A stretch of DNA of 64,000 nucleotides, taken from contig CAVPCT010000007.1 in assembly GCA_963702475.1 (NCBI GenBank), positions 1 through 64,000 on the forward strand. Direction: 5' to 3'. Shown here piece by piece: positions 29,600 through 38,814 of this stretch. The DNA is from an uncultured Thermoleophilia bacterium (GTDB taxonomy: Bacteria; Actinomycetota; Thermoleophilia; UBA2241). The notes below the pieces were generated by a model. It did not search any database. It had not been told where the DNA came from and was given only the letters and a program-made list of their open reading frames with translations. Position 1 is the stretch's first letter. The number at the start of each line of letters is the position of its first letter. The translations under genes and the position numbers were made by a program.

Positions 29600-30472
29600 T
29601 CAGCCCGTCGGGACGAGGCCGGCAGGGTGATCCAGGCCGGTCAGACAGTCGAGGCCGGCCAGGATCTCGTCGGGCACCGGTTCGCCCGCGGCCGCGACGC
29701 CGAGCCGGATGCCCGGCTTGACGCGGCCGTGGTAGTCGGAGCCGCCGGTGGGGGCCAGCGCGTAGCGCTCGGCGAGCTCCGTGCACAAGGCCACCATGCG
29801 CTCGTCGTGCAACGGGTACAGCACCTCGAGGCCGGCCAGGCCGAGGCGGGCGGCTTCGCGGACGATGTGCTCGAGGCCGGCGGCGTCGGTGCGGATGATG
29901 CCGGGGTGGGCGATCACCGGCAGGCCGTCGGAGGCTCGCAGCAGACGTATGGCGGCACCGAGCGCCAGCCGGCGGCGGTCGACCCAGGCCGGCGCTCCCC
30001 GCTTCAGGAAGCGCGTGAAGGCATCGGACACCGACTCGGCGTAGCCCAGGCGCACCATGGCCTCGCCGATGTGCGGCCGGCCCACGGCGCCGCCGCCGGC
30101 CGCCTCCGCCAGGTCGCCGGCGCCGATGGGGTACCCCAGTTCGGCGAGTCGCGCCAGGATGCGCGCGTTGCGTTCGTCGCGGTATCGGCGCAGCCCAGCG
30201 AGCTCCTCCTCCAGCTCCAGGCTCGGCGCGCCGGCGAGGAAGTAGCCGAGCACGTCCAGGGTCACCTGCTCGTGCTCGCAGTTGATCTCGACGCCGGGGA
30301 CGACGCGTACCCCGAGGCGCTCACCGGCGGCCAGCGCCTCGGGTAGCCCGTCGACCGTGTCGTGGTCGGTCACCGCCAGGGCGCTCAGCCCCAGGTCCGC
30401 GGCCGCCTCCACGAGCTCCGTGGGCGTGAGCGTGCCGTCCGAGAACGTGGTATGTGTGTGCAGGTCGATCAC
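29600..30472 (-). CDS. PHP-domain protein
   Basis: DLHTHTTFSDG, TDHD, GRPH, AHP, GGSDYHG. Confidence 0.9.
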   Translation of the reverse strand: MIDLHTHTTFSDGTLTPTELVEAAADLGLSALAVTDHDTVDGLPEALAAGERLGVRVVPGVEINCEHEQVTLDVLGYFLAGAPSLELEEELAGLRRYRDERNARILARLAELGYPIGAGDLAEAAGGGAVGRPHIGEAMVRLGYAESVSDAFTRFLKRGAPAWVDRRRLALGAAIRLLRASDGLPVIAHPGIIRTDAAGLEHIVREAARLGLAGLEVLYPLHDERMVALCTELAERYALAPTGGSDYHGRVKPGIRLGVAAAGEPVPDEILAGLDCLTGLDHPAGLVPTG

Positions 30473-30714
30473 GGTCCTTAACCTACCCCACGTCAGTCCT
30501 CGGCCCGGCGCGCCGGGCCGTGCGGCGTCGGAGCATCGCCCTCACCGCGCCGGGCCGTGCGCTGCGCACGCATCGCCCGCAACGTGCCGGCCCGTCCGTC
30601 GCTCTCACGCCGTCCCGGGGTTGACCCGGCGGCCTTCGGGTAGAACGCTGACAACGCGCGGTCCGTCTTCGTCGCCGCGCCCCCGTCCCGTCCTCGCGTC
30701 ACCGGAGGTCCGCC

Positions 30715-31755
30715 ATGCGCGTCGGCATGATCGCCCCGCCCTGGTTCCCCCTGCCGCCGCAGCGCTACGGCGGCATCGAGTTCGTGGTGAGCCTGCTCAC
30801 CGAGGGGCTGGTGAAGCACGGGCACGACGTGACGCTGTTCGCCAGCGGCGACTCCCGTACCAAGGCCGACCTCAGCTACATCTTCGCGCGCGCGCCCTTC
30901 GAGCAGATCGAGAGCGGCGGCCACCTCGAGGTGGTGCACAGCTTGGCCGCCTACACGCAGGCGCACGAGTTCGACGTGATCCACGACCACGACGGGCTCG
31001 CCAGCAGGGCCATGGGCGCGCTGGTCCACAGCCTCATCGGCACGCCGGTCGTGGCCACGCTCCACGGACCGGCCGACGCCACCACGGTCGAGCTGCTGTC
31101 GTCGCTGCGCCACGACCTCGCCTTCATCGCCATCTCGGAGTACCAGCGCAACGGCTTCCCCGACCTGCACTTCGTGGGGACGATCCCCAACGCCGTGGAC
31201 GTGGAGCACATGCCGTTCGAGACGCAGAAGGAGGATTTCTTCCTGTTCATCGGGCGCATGTCGGCCGACAAGGGCGCGCACAGCGCCATCGAGGTGGCGC
31301 GCCGCCTGGACGCGCGCCTCATCATGGCCGGAAAGGTCAACGAGGGGCCGGAGCGCGCCTACTACGCGGAGCGGGTCGAGCCGTTCCTCTCCGACCGCAT
31401 CCACTTCCGCGGGGAGGTGGACCACGACACCAAGATGGAGCTGTACAAGCGGGCGCGCTGCACGCTGTTCCCCATCCAGTGGCCGGAGCCGTTCGGGCTC
31501 GTGATGATCGAGTCCATGGCGTGCGGCACGCCGGTGATCGCCATGCGCCACGGGTCGGTGCCCGAGGTCGTCGAGCACGGCCGCACCGGCTTCATCGTCG
31601 ACACCGTGGACGAGATGGTGGAGGCGGCGGGGCGCATCGACGAGATCGACCCTGCGGAGTGCCGCAAGGTGGTGGAGGAGCGCTTCGGCATCGACCACTT
31701 CGTGGCCCAGCACGAGGCCGCCTACCGACAGCTGCTCGGCGAGCAGCCGGCCTGA
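30715..31755 (+). CDS. Glycosyltransferase family 4
   Basis: PPQRYGGIE, GRMSADKG, EPFGLVMIESMACGTPV. Confidence 0.92.
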   Translation: MRVGMIAPPWFPLPPQRYGGIEFVVSLLTEGLVKHGHDVTLFASGDSRTKADLSYIFARAPFEQIESGGHLEVVHSLAAYTQAHEFDVIHDHDGLASRAMGALVHSLIGTPVVATLHGPADATTVELLSSLRHDLAFIAISEYQRNGFPDLHFVGTIPNAVDVEHMPFETQKEDFFLFIGRMSADKGAHSAIEVARRLDARLIMAGKVNEGPERAYYAERVEPFLSDRIHFRGEVDHDTKMELYKRARCTLFPIQWPEPFGLVMIESMACGTPVIAMRHGSVPEVVEHGRTGFIVDTVDEMVEAAGRIDEIDPAECRKVVEERFGIDHFVAQHEAAYRQLLGEQPA

Positions 31756-31786
31756 GGCGGCCCGGAACGCCCGGAAGGTCACACCG

Positions 31787-33196
31787 GTGAAGCTGCTCTA
31801 CGACGACGTCCACCTGATCGCCGACCCTCTGTACGGGTACCTGCGCATCTGCCTGTCGCGGGCCGGGGAGATCGCTGAGGCCGACGTCATCGACAACCCA
31901 TGGGTGCAGCGGCTCAAGCGCATCCATCAGCTGCAGAGCTCATGGTGGGTGTTCCCCACGGCCGAGCACAGCCGCTTCGCGCACAGCCTCGGCGCCATGC
32001 ATCTGGCCGGGCAGCTGGCGCGGCAGGTGCACCCCACGCTTGCCGAGGTCGAGCCCGGCACTCCCTCGCTGCCGCTGGTCGAAGAGACCCTGCGGCTGGC
32101 CGGGCTGCTGCACGACATCGGCCACGGCCCGTTCAGCCACTTCTGCGACGAGGAGTACTTCCAGCCCGTGTTCGGCATCGACCACGAGCAGATCTCGCAG
32201 TACCTCATCGTCAACGAGCTCGGGGGGCTCGTCGCCGAACTGCGGCGGAGCCCGTCGGGTTCGTTCGCGCCCGACGAGGCGGTGGACCCCTGGCACGTTG
32301 CCTTCCTGGTGCGGGCGGAGGAGGGGGCGGGCGCCCCCGGCCAGGACGCCGGCCCCATCCCGCGCTGGGTCCGGCTGCTGCACCGCGCCCTCTCCGGCGC
32401 GGTCACGGTCGACAACATGGACTACGTGCGGCGCGACGCCTACATGTGCGGCGTCGCGCTCGGCCCCGTGGACGTCGACCGCCTCATCTACTACACGTTC
32501 TGCACGCCCGACGGGCTCACGTTCCACAAGCGCGCTCTCGGAGCGCTGCGCGCCTTTCTCAACGCCCGCTTCTACATGTACGAGAACGTGTACTTCCACC
32601 GCATAGGCCACGCCATCGACCTGCACCTGCACGAGATCTTCCGGCCGACCATGGAGCTCATCCTGCCGCGGAGCCCCCTTGACGATGAGGCGGCCTACCG
32701 CCGCCTCACGGAGTGGTCGCTGTTCACCAGCGTGGAAGCGTGGCTGGACGAGCCGCTGGAGAGCGAGAAGCGCGCCCTGGCGGAGCAGTGGCAGTCCATC
32801 ATCCACCGGCACGTGAAGTACAGCATGGTGTACGAGCATCACGTGGAGCGGCAGCAGCCCCTGCCCGCTGCCCGGGACATGACCCGCGAGGAGTTCCACG
32901 CCGCCATCGTGAAACGGCTGCCGGCCGCGCTGCGCGACCTGGAGTTCGTGGTGGACATCGCGTCACAGGACCCGCGGCCGCTCAACCCGCTCGTCGGACC
33001 CAAGCGTATCGCCGTGTACGACCCGGCCACCGACGCCATCGAGGAGCAGCTTCTCAGCGGCATCCTCGAGTTCGTGCCGGCCAAAGCGCACCTGTACCGC
33101 GTGTTCGCGGTGGGCCGGCAGTACGAGCGCGAGCTGGCGCTGGCCGCGCGGGCGGCGCTCGAGGAGGCCGAGCCGCCGAGCCTGGTCAACCTCTGA
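31787..33196 (+). CDS. HD-domain dNTP triphosphohydrolase-like (SAMHD1/YwfO type)
   Basis: QRLKRIHQL, HSRFAHSLG, LLHDIGHGPFSH, DNMDYVRRD, VYFH. Confidence 0.88.
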   Translation: MKLLYDDVHLIADPLYGYLRICLSRAGEIAEADVIDNPWVQRLKRIHQLQSSWWVFPTAEHSRFAHSLGAMHLAGQLARQVHPTLAEVEPGTPSLPLVEETLRLAGLLHDIGHGPFSHFCDEEYFQPVFGIDHEQISQYLIVNELGGLVAELRRSPSGSFAPDEAVDPWHVAFLVRAEEGAGAPGQDAGPIPRWVRLLHRALSGAVTVDNMDYVRRDAYMCGVALGPVDVDRLIYYTFCTPDGLTFHKRALGALRAFLNARFYMYENVYFHRIGHAIDLHLHEIFRPTMELILPRSPLDDEAAYRRLTEWSLFTSVEAWLDEPLESEKRALAEQWQSIIHRHVKYSMVYEHHVERQQPLPAARDMTREEFHAAIVKRLPAALRDLEFVVDIASQDPRPLNPLVGPKRIAVYDPATDAIEEQLLSGILEFVPAKAHLYRVFAVGRQYERELALAARAALEEAEPPSLVNL

Positions 33197-33303
33197 GCTC
33201 CCGACCCGCGCGGCGCGGGCGGCGACCGGGGAGTGCCCGCACAGGACCACCGCTGTCGCAGGGGTCCGGGGCGCGAGCGGGTCCGGCTCTCTTGTCCGCG
33301 GGT

Positions 33304-34740
33304 TCAGCCGGGGTGCGTCATGGCCTCCGGCCGCACCCAGGCGTCGAACTCGTCCGCCGTGACGTGGCCGGAGGCCAGCGCGGCCTCGCGCAGGGTGAGG
33401 CCGCCGAGGTGCGCGCTGCGCGCGATGGCGGCGGCCTTGTCGTAGCCGATGTGCGGGCTGAGGGCAGTCACCAGCATCAGTGAACCCTCGAGGTGACGAT
33501 GGATCGCCTCGAGGTCGGGCTCGATGCCCTGCGCGCAGAAGCGGTCGAAGGCACCCACGGCGTCGGCGAGCAGCTCGGCCGACTCGAGCAGGCCGTGCAG
33601 CATCACCGGCTTGTACACGTTGAGCTGCAGGGTGCCCTGCGAGCCGGCGAACGCCACGGCCGCGTCGTTGCCGAACACGCGCACGGCGACCTGCGTGAGC
33701 GCTTCAGCCTGTGTGGGGTTCACCTTGCCGGGCATGATCGACGAGCCGGGCTCGTTCTCGGGGATGCGCAGCTCGCCGATGCCGCTGCGCGGCCCGGAGG
33801 CGTACAGGCGCACGTCGTTGGCGATCTTCATGAGGTCGCCGGCCAAGGTGCGAAGTGCGGCGCTGGCGTTGACGACGGCGTCGTGCGTCGACAGTGCCGC
33901 GAAGAAGTCGGGCGCGGGGTGGAAGGGACGGCCGGTGAGCTCTGCGATGTACTCGGCGGCGAGCTCGGCGAAGCGCGGGTGCGTGTTCAGGCCGGTGCCG
34001 ACGGCGGTGCCGCCGAGGGCCAGCTCGTGGAGGCCGGGCAGCGCGCGGTGTACCGTGTCCAGCGCCTGGTCGAGCTGCGCCGCCCAGCCGCCGATGACCT
34101 GGCCGAGCGTGACCGGGACGGCGTCCTGCAGGTGGGTGCGGCCGACCATGACGACGTCGGCGTAGCGGTCGGCCTTGACGCGGAGGGTGTCGCGCAGCTG
34201 CTCGACCGCCGGGACCAGGACGTCCTCGAGCACCCCTGCCGCGGCGATGTGCATGACGGCGGGGAAGGTGTCGTTGCTGGACTGCCCCATGTTGACGTCG
34301 TCGTTGGGGTGGATGGGCATCCGGCCAGCCGGCGCGCCGTTTTCACCGGCGCCGGCCGCAGGGCCCCCCGCCTCCCGCGCCAGTTCGTTGGCGCGCGCGG
34401 CGATCACCTCGTTGGCGTTCATGTTGGACTGGGTGCCGGAGCCGGTCTGGAAGACGACGAGCGGGAACTCGTCGTCCCAGCGGCCGTCGGCGACCTCCTG
34501 CGCGGCGCGTCCGATGAGGGCGGCGCGCTCGGGGGCGAGGAGCCCCAGCTCCTCGTTGGCGCGCGCCGCCGCGAGCTTCAGCACACCGAGGGCGGCGATG
34601 ACGGGGCGGCCCCAGCGGAAGCGCTCGACGCCTATGGCAAAGTGCTCCACGGCGCGCTGCGTCTGGGGGCCCCAGTAGCGGTCCGCGGGCACGCGGACGT
34701 CGCCGAGGCTGTCGTGCTCGATGCGCCAGTCGTCGCTCAT
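33304..34740 (-). CDS. fumC: Class II fumarate hydratase
   Basis: [49 protein letters not shown]. Confidence 0.95.
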   Translation of the reverse strand: MSDDWRIEHDSLGDVRVPADRYWGPQTQRAVEHFAIGVERFRWGRPVIAALGVLKLAAARANEELGLLAPERAALIGRAAQEVADGRWDDEFPLVVFQTGSGTQSNMNANEVIAARANELAREAGGPAAGAGENGAPAGRMPIHPNDDVNMGQSSNDTFPAVMHIAAAGVLEDVLVPAVEQLRDTLRVKADRYADVVMVGRTHLQDAVPVTLGQVIGGWAAQLDQALDTVHRALPGLHELALGGTAVGTGLNTHPRFAELAAEYIAELTGRPFHPAPDFFAALSTHDAVVNASAALRTLAGDLMKIANDVRLYASGPRSGIGELRIPENEPGSSIMPGKVNPTQAEALTQVAVRVFGNDAAVAFAGSQGTLQLNVYKPVMLHGLLESAELLADAVGAFDRFCAQGIEPDLEAIHRHLEGSLMLVTALSPHIGYDKAAAIARSAHLGGLTLREAALASGHVTADEFDAWVRPEAMTHPG

Positions 34741-34845
34741 GGCGCGAGAAGCCTACCCGTCCCGGTGGGATTCGTAGCGGACGCACTTGCGCCTGCACCC
34801 ACCTGAATGGATACTAGCTGGCATCCACGCGGCGGAGGAGAGCAG

Positions 34846-35556
34846 GTGGACGAGAGCGTCGAGCTGGAGTCAAACGTGCCGCAGCGGCGGGCCTCGTCCG
34901 TGAGGGGCCGCGTCTGCGTCCCCTTCGAGAATCCGTTGTCCACGCTGCCGAAGACTGCCCAGAAGATCCTCGCCGCGGCCCGCAAGCTCCTCGTCGAGCG
35001 CGGCTACGAGGCCATGACGCTCGAGAACGTGGCCGCCGAGGCCGGCGTGAACAAGGCGTCCATCCGCTACAACTTCGGTAACAAGGCCGGGCTGGTGACG
35101 GCCGTCCTGGACTCGTACATCCACGACGAGTGCCGGCGGCTCGTCGGCACGGCCAAGGACGCGCCCCGGGACGAGGTCGTCGACAACGCCGTGAGCGGTA
35201 TGCGCGACATGGTCGTGGAGGCGGAGAACTTCTCGGGCTACTTCGACATCCTGCCGTACGCGTTCCGTGAGCCCGAGCTGCGCGAACGCATGCTGTCGCT
35301 GTACAAGTGGTGGTACCTGCAGAACCTGGAGTGGCTCGGCCTGCGGGACGTGCCCGGCGTGGAGCAGAACGAGACGCTGGTGGGTCTCGGCGAGTTGGTG
35401 TGCGCCGTGATCGACGGCCTGTGCATCCAGGCGGGGCTGCAGCCCGAAGGCTTCGACATGGGCCGCGCCATGAACGTGTTCGGGCTGCTGCTGCGCGCCG
35501 GGTTCGACGAGGTGTGCAGGCAGGCCGGCGTGGACCAGCCGGCCGAGGCCGGCTGA
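34846..35556 (+). CDS. TetR/AcrR-family regulator upstream of the methylamine methyltransferase genes
   Basis: GYEAMTLENVAAEAGVNKASIRYNFGNK HTH; GGAGGAG RBS before GTG at 34846. Confidence 0.9.
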   Translation: MDESVELESNVPQRRASSVRGRVCVPFENPLSTLPKTAQKILAAARKLLVERGYEAMTLENVAAEAGVNKASIRYNFGNKAGLVTAVLDSYIHDECRRLVGTAKDAPRDEVVDNAVSGMRDMVVEAENFSGYFDILPYAFREPELRERMLSLYKWWYLQNLEWLGLRDVPGVEQNETLVGLGELVCAVIDGLCIQAGLQPEGFDMGRAMNVFGLLLRAGFDEVCRQAGVDQPAEAG

Positions 35557-35638
35557 CGGGGCTGCCGGCCGCACCGCGCGCCCGGACGCGGCGGCCCGGG
35601 GGCCGGCGGCGAAGCCGGCCCGGCCCGCTCGGCGCACC

Positions 35639-35683
35639 TTGACACCCCGGCGCGCCTCACTAGAATGTCCCCACCCAGGTGGG
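35639..35683 (+). promoter_or_regulatory. Sigma70-type promoter of mttB with an adjacent palindrome
   Basis: TTGACA (35639-35644), 16 bp, TAGAAT (35661-35666), then CCCACC-CA-GGTGGG. Confidence 0.65.
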
Positions 35684-35727
35684 TAGAATCGCCGGATCGG
35701 CGGCCACCCGACACCCGAGGGGGCTCT

Positions 35728-37197
35728 ATGAGACGAAACCTGTTCGCGGGCCGGCGGCGCAGTGAGGGCGTGACCTTCGAAGTCCTCACCGGCGACGACC
35801 TGCGGGACATCCACGCCGGCACTCTGGAGGTCCTGGACCGCACCGGCGTGTTCGTGGAGGACGAGGAGGCCCGCGCCGTCTTCGCCGGCGCGGGCGCCGG
35901 AGTCGATGAAACGACGCGCGTGGTGCGCATCCCGCCGCGCGTGGTCGAGGAGGCCGTCCGCACCGCACCGTCCCAGGTGGTCCTGGCCGGCCGCAACCCG
36001 AAGAACGACATCGTCCTCCAGCCGGGCCGCGTGGGCTTCACCAACTTCGGCGAGGGCGTGAAGGTGGTCGACCCGTACACCGGCGAGGTGAGGGTGCCGA
36101 TGAAGGCCGACGTGGGCCTCACCGCCAAGGTCGTCGACTACCTCCCCAACGTGGACGTGTACGAGCGCGCCATCACCGCCATGGACGTGCCGCAGGACAT
36201 CGCCCCCCTGCACCAGGCCGAGGCGTGGTTCACCAACACCTCCAAGCACGGCTTCATGGGCTCGGGCGACGGCTTCATCTCGGAGAAGCTCCTCGACATG
36301 GCGGCCGCCATCGTCGGGGGCCGGGACAAGCTGCGCCGCCGGCCCATCATCTCGTTCATCACCTGTCCCGTGAGCCCGCTCAAGCTGGTGCAGGACACCT
36401 GCGAGATCATCATGACGGCGGCCCGCGGCGGCGTCGCCGTCAACATCCTCAGCATGGCCATGGCCGGCGGCTCGTCCCCGGTCACGCTCGCCGGCACGCT
36501 GGTGACGCACAACGCCGAGGTGCTGGCCGGGCTCACGCTGAGCCAGCTCACGCAGCCCGGCGCGGCGGTGGTGTACGGCAGTTCCACCACCGCCATGGAC
36601 CTCAGGCTCGCAGCCGCGTCCGTCGGCTCGCCCGAGTGTGGCCTCATCAGCGCCGCCGTCGCCCAGATCGCCCGCTTCTACCTGCTGCCCAGCTGGGTGG
36701 CGGGTGCGTAGGGCGACTCCAAAGTGGTCGATGCCCAGAGTGGCCACGAGAAGACCCTGACCGGCATGTTGCCGGCGTTGGCAGGCGCCAACCTGATCTA
36801 CGGTCTGGGGATGATCGAGTCGGGCATGACCTTCGACTTCGGCCAGCTCGTCATGGACGACGAGTTCGCCGGCCTCATCAAGCAGTGCGTCAACGGCATC
36901 CCGGTGAACGACGAGACGCTGGCCCTCGACGTGATCCACGAGATCGGGCCGTTCGGCGACTTCCTGAGCCACGATCACACCATGGCCCACATGCGCACCA
37001 CGTCGCAGCCTGCGCTCATCGACCGCCGCGTGCGCGACGAGTGGGCGGAGATGGGGAGCAGTACACTGCACGAACGGGCGCTCGCCAAGGCCCGCGTCAT
37101 CATCGAGACGCACGTCCCGGACCCGCTGCCGGACGGCGTGCCCGAGCAGCTGGCGGCGATCGTGGAGAGCGCGGGCGCCGCCGCGGAGGTGAGCTGA
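35728..37197 (+). CDS. mttB: Trimethylamine:corrinoid methyltransferase, pyrrolysine-containing (in-frame TAG 36709-36711, codon 328)
   Basis: MttB motifs FTNFGEG, SPLKL, MAMAGGSSPVTLAG, YGSSTT, GSPE. SWVAGA-TAG-GDSKVVDAQSGHEK continues in frame into GANLIYGLGMIE; 489 codons in total. Confidence 0.93.
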
Positions 37198-38583
37198 TGG
37201 GCACCATTCGCACGAGGATGGGCGACGGCTACGTCGTGCATCTGACGCCCGGAGGAGCTCCGCGCCGACCTGGAGGCCGGCTGCGCCGAGGCGGTGAAGC
37301 GCGCCAAGGTGCCGCCTCTGGAGGAGAACGAGTTCGAGTACCTCTACGACCTGTTCGCCATGCCCCAGCCGCATCATGGGCGTGGAGCCGGGTCACGAGG
37401 TCATCCTGACCAAGGACGGCTCCGTCAACACGCTGTACTCCGCCCAGCTCTCGAGCGGGGTGGGCCTGCCCCTCTCCCGGGAGCAGGCCTTCCGCGTGTT
37501 CGAGCGCGCCTTCTGCTTCGACACCATGGAGATCGGCCACCCCGACTACTCGTACAAGGCGGTCAAGCCCATCGTGGCGCTCGAGGCGACCGGCGTGGAG
37601 CAGGCGCTGCTCACCACGATCATCCCGGTGTTCTACGGCGCCATGCCCAACTTCGGCCTGTACGCGCAGCCGGACGGGCCGTTTCCCAACCCGGCCGACC
37701 TGCTGCCGCGCGGCGAGACGCAGGCCGCGCGCGACGCGCAGATGGCCATCGCCGAGGCCTGCCGCGAGGACATGCTGTACGTGTCCAAGGCCATGGCCGA
37801 GGTCGGCGCCGACGGCATCAACTTCGACACCACGGCGTCCATCGGCGACGCCGAGTTCTACGCGACGCTGCTGACGGTGGAGGAGCTGGCCGAAGACGAC
37901 CCACCTCGCCATCGAGGTGGGCATGGCGGCCGAGTTCGTCCTCGGCTTCCACGGCGAGGTGGAGTAGCAGGGGCAAGCGGCTCGCCGGCATGTGGCCTCA
38001 CCAGCAGGTCAAGGTGGTGGAGGAGGCCGGCGCGCACATCTTCGGGCCGGTCGTGAACACCAACTCGCGCAAGTCGGTCCCCTGGAACGTGGCGCGCTCG
38101 GTGACCATCGTGAAGGAGTGCTCGCGGGTCGCCGAGATCCCCGTGCACGCCAACGTCGGTATGGGCGTCGGCGGCGTGCCGATGTTCGAGGTGCCGCCGG
38201 CCGACGTGCTCACCAGGGCCAGCGCGGCCATGGTCGAGATCGGCCGTGTGGACGGCTTGTAGGTCGGCACGGGTGACCCGTACGGCATGTCGATGAGCCA
38301 CGCGCTCGCGTCGGGCATGGGCGGCATCAGGACCACCGGAGACCTGGTGGCCAGGGTGCAGCTCCACACCAAGAAGCGGCTCCCCGAGGCGAAGAAGTAC
38401 GTGGCCGACAAGCTCCACGTGAGCGTGGACGACCTGGCCGACTCCACCGTGATGCGCGGCCTGCGCCAGGAGCTGGACATCGGCGTGATCACCGCGGTGC
38501 CCGGCGCCCGCAAGGGCATCGAGGCCAAACGCAACATCTCCGAATTGCTCGACGTGCCGGTGGCCTGTCTGAAGAGGCTGTAG
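37197..38583 (+). CDS. mtbB: Dimethylamine:corrinoid methyltransferase, pyrrolysine-containing (in-frame TAG 38260-38262); four +1 indels in this sequence
   Basis: [91 protein letters not shown]. Confidence 0.9.
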
Positions 38584-38814
38584 AGGGACGGCGGCCGAGG
38601 TCGGCCGAGCCCTCATGCCCCAACGCGGGCGTGCTCGCCGCCCAGCGCGGCGAGCACGCCCGATCGGGTGCCGATCCTCGAGTGCATCGACTGGGCGCGG
38701 ATGGCCGGTTTGGCAAGGGCCGGCCCTCAGTGTGGTGGGTACCGAAGTCGAGCCTCCTGACGCCGTGCGCCGGCGGCGCACGAGGCGGCTGCCGGAGGGA
38801 GAGGAGAGTTGTCC

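Noticed and set aside
36712-36805. PYLIS-like hairpins downstream of the amber codons (also 38263-38295)
   Set aside because: Only short stems (for example ccggca/tgccgg and acggg/cccgt), which are expected by chance in GC-rich coding DNA. No structure is shared between the two genes, and PYLIS is not generally required.
37965-37967. A second apparent in-frame TAG in mtbB (GEVE-TAG)
   Set aside because: Removing one G gives GAG TAC AGG GGC AAG CGG CTC (EYRGKRL), which restores the conserved Tyr and the downstream frame. It is an indel artefact, not a Pyl codon.
37197-38000. Programmed frameshifting or pseudogenisation of mtbB (indels near 37250, 37365, 37890, 37967)
   Set aside because: Similar single-base indels break pdxS, pdxT, malic enzyme, lutA, lutC and sat, often in C/G runs, so sequencing error is the simplest explanation. 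It still needs read-level confirmation.
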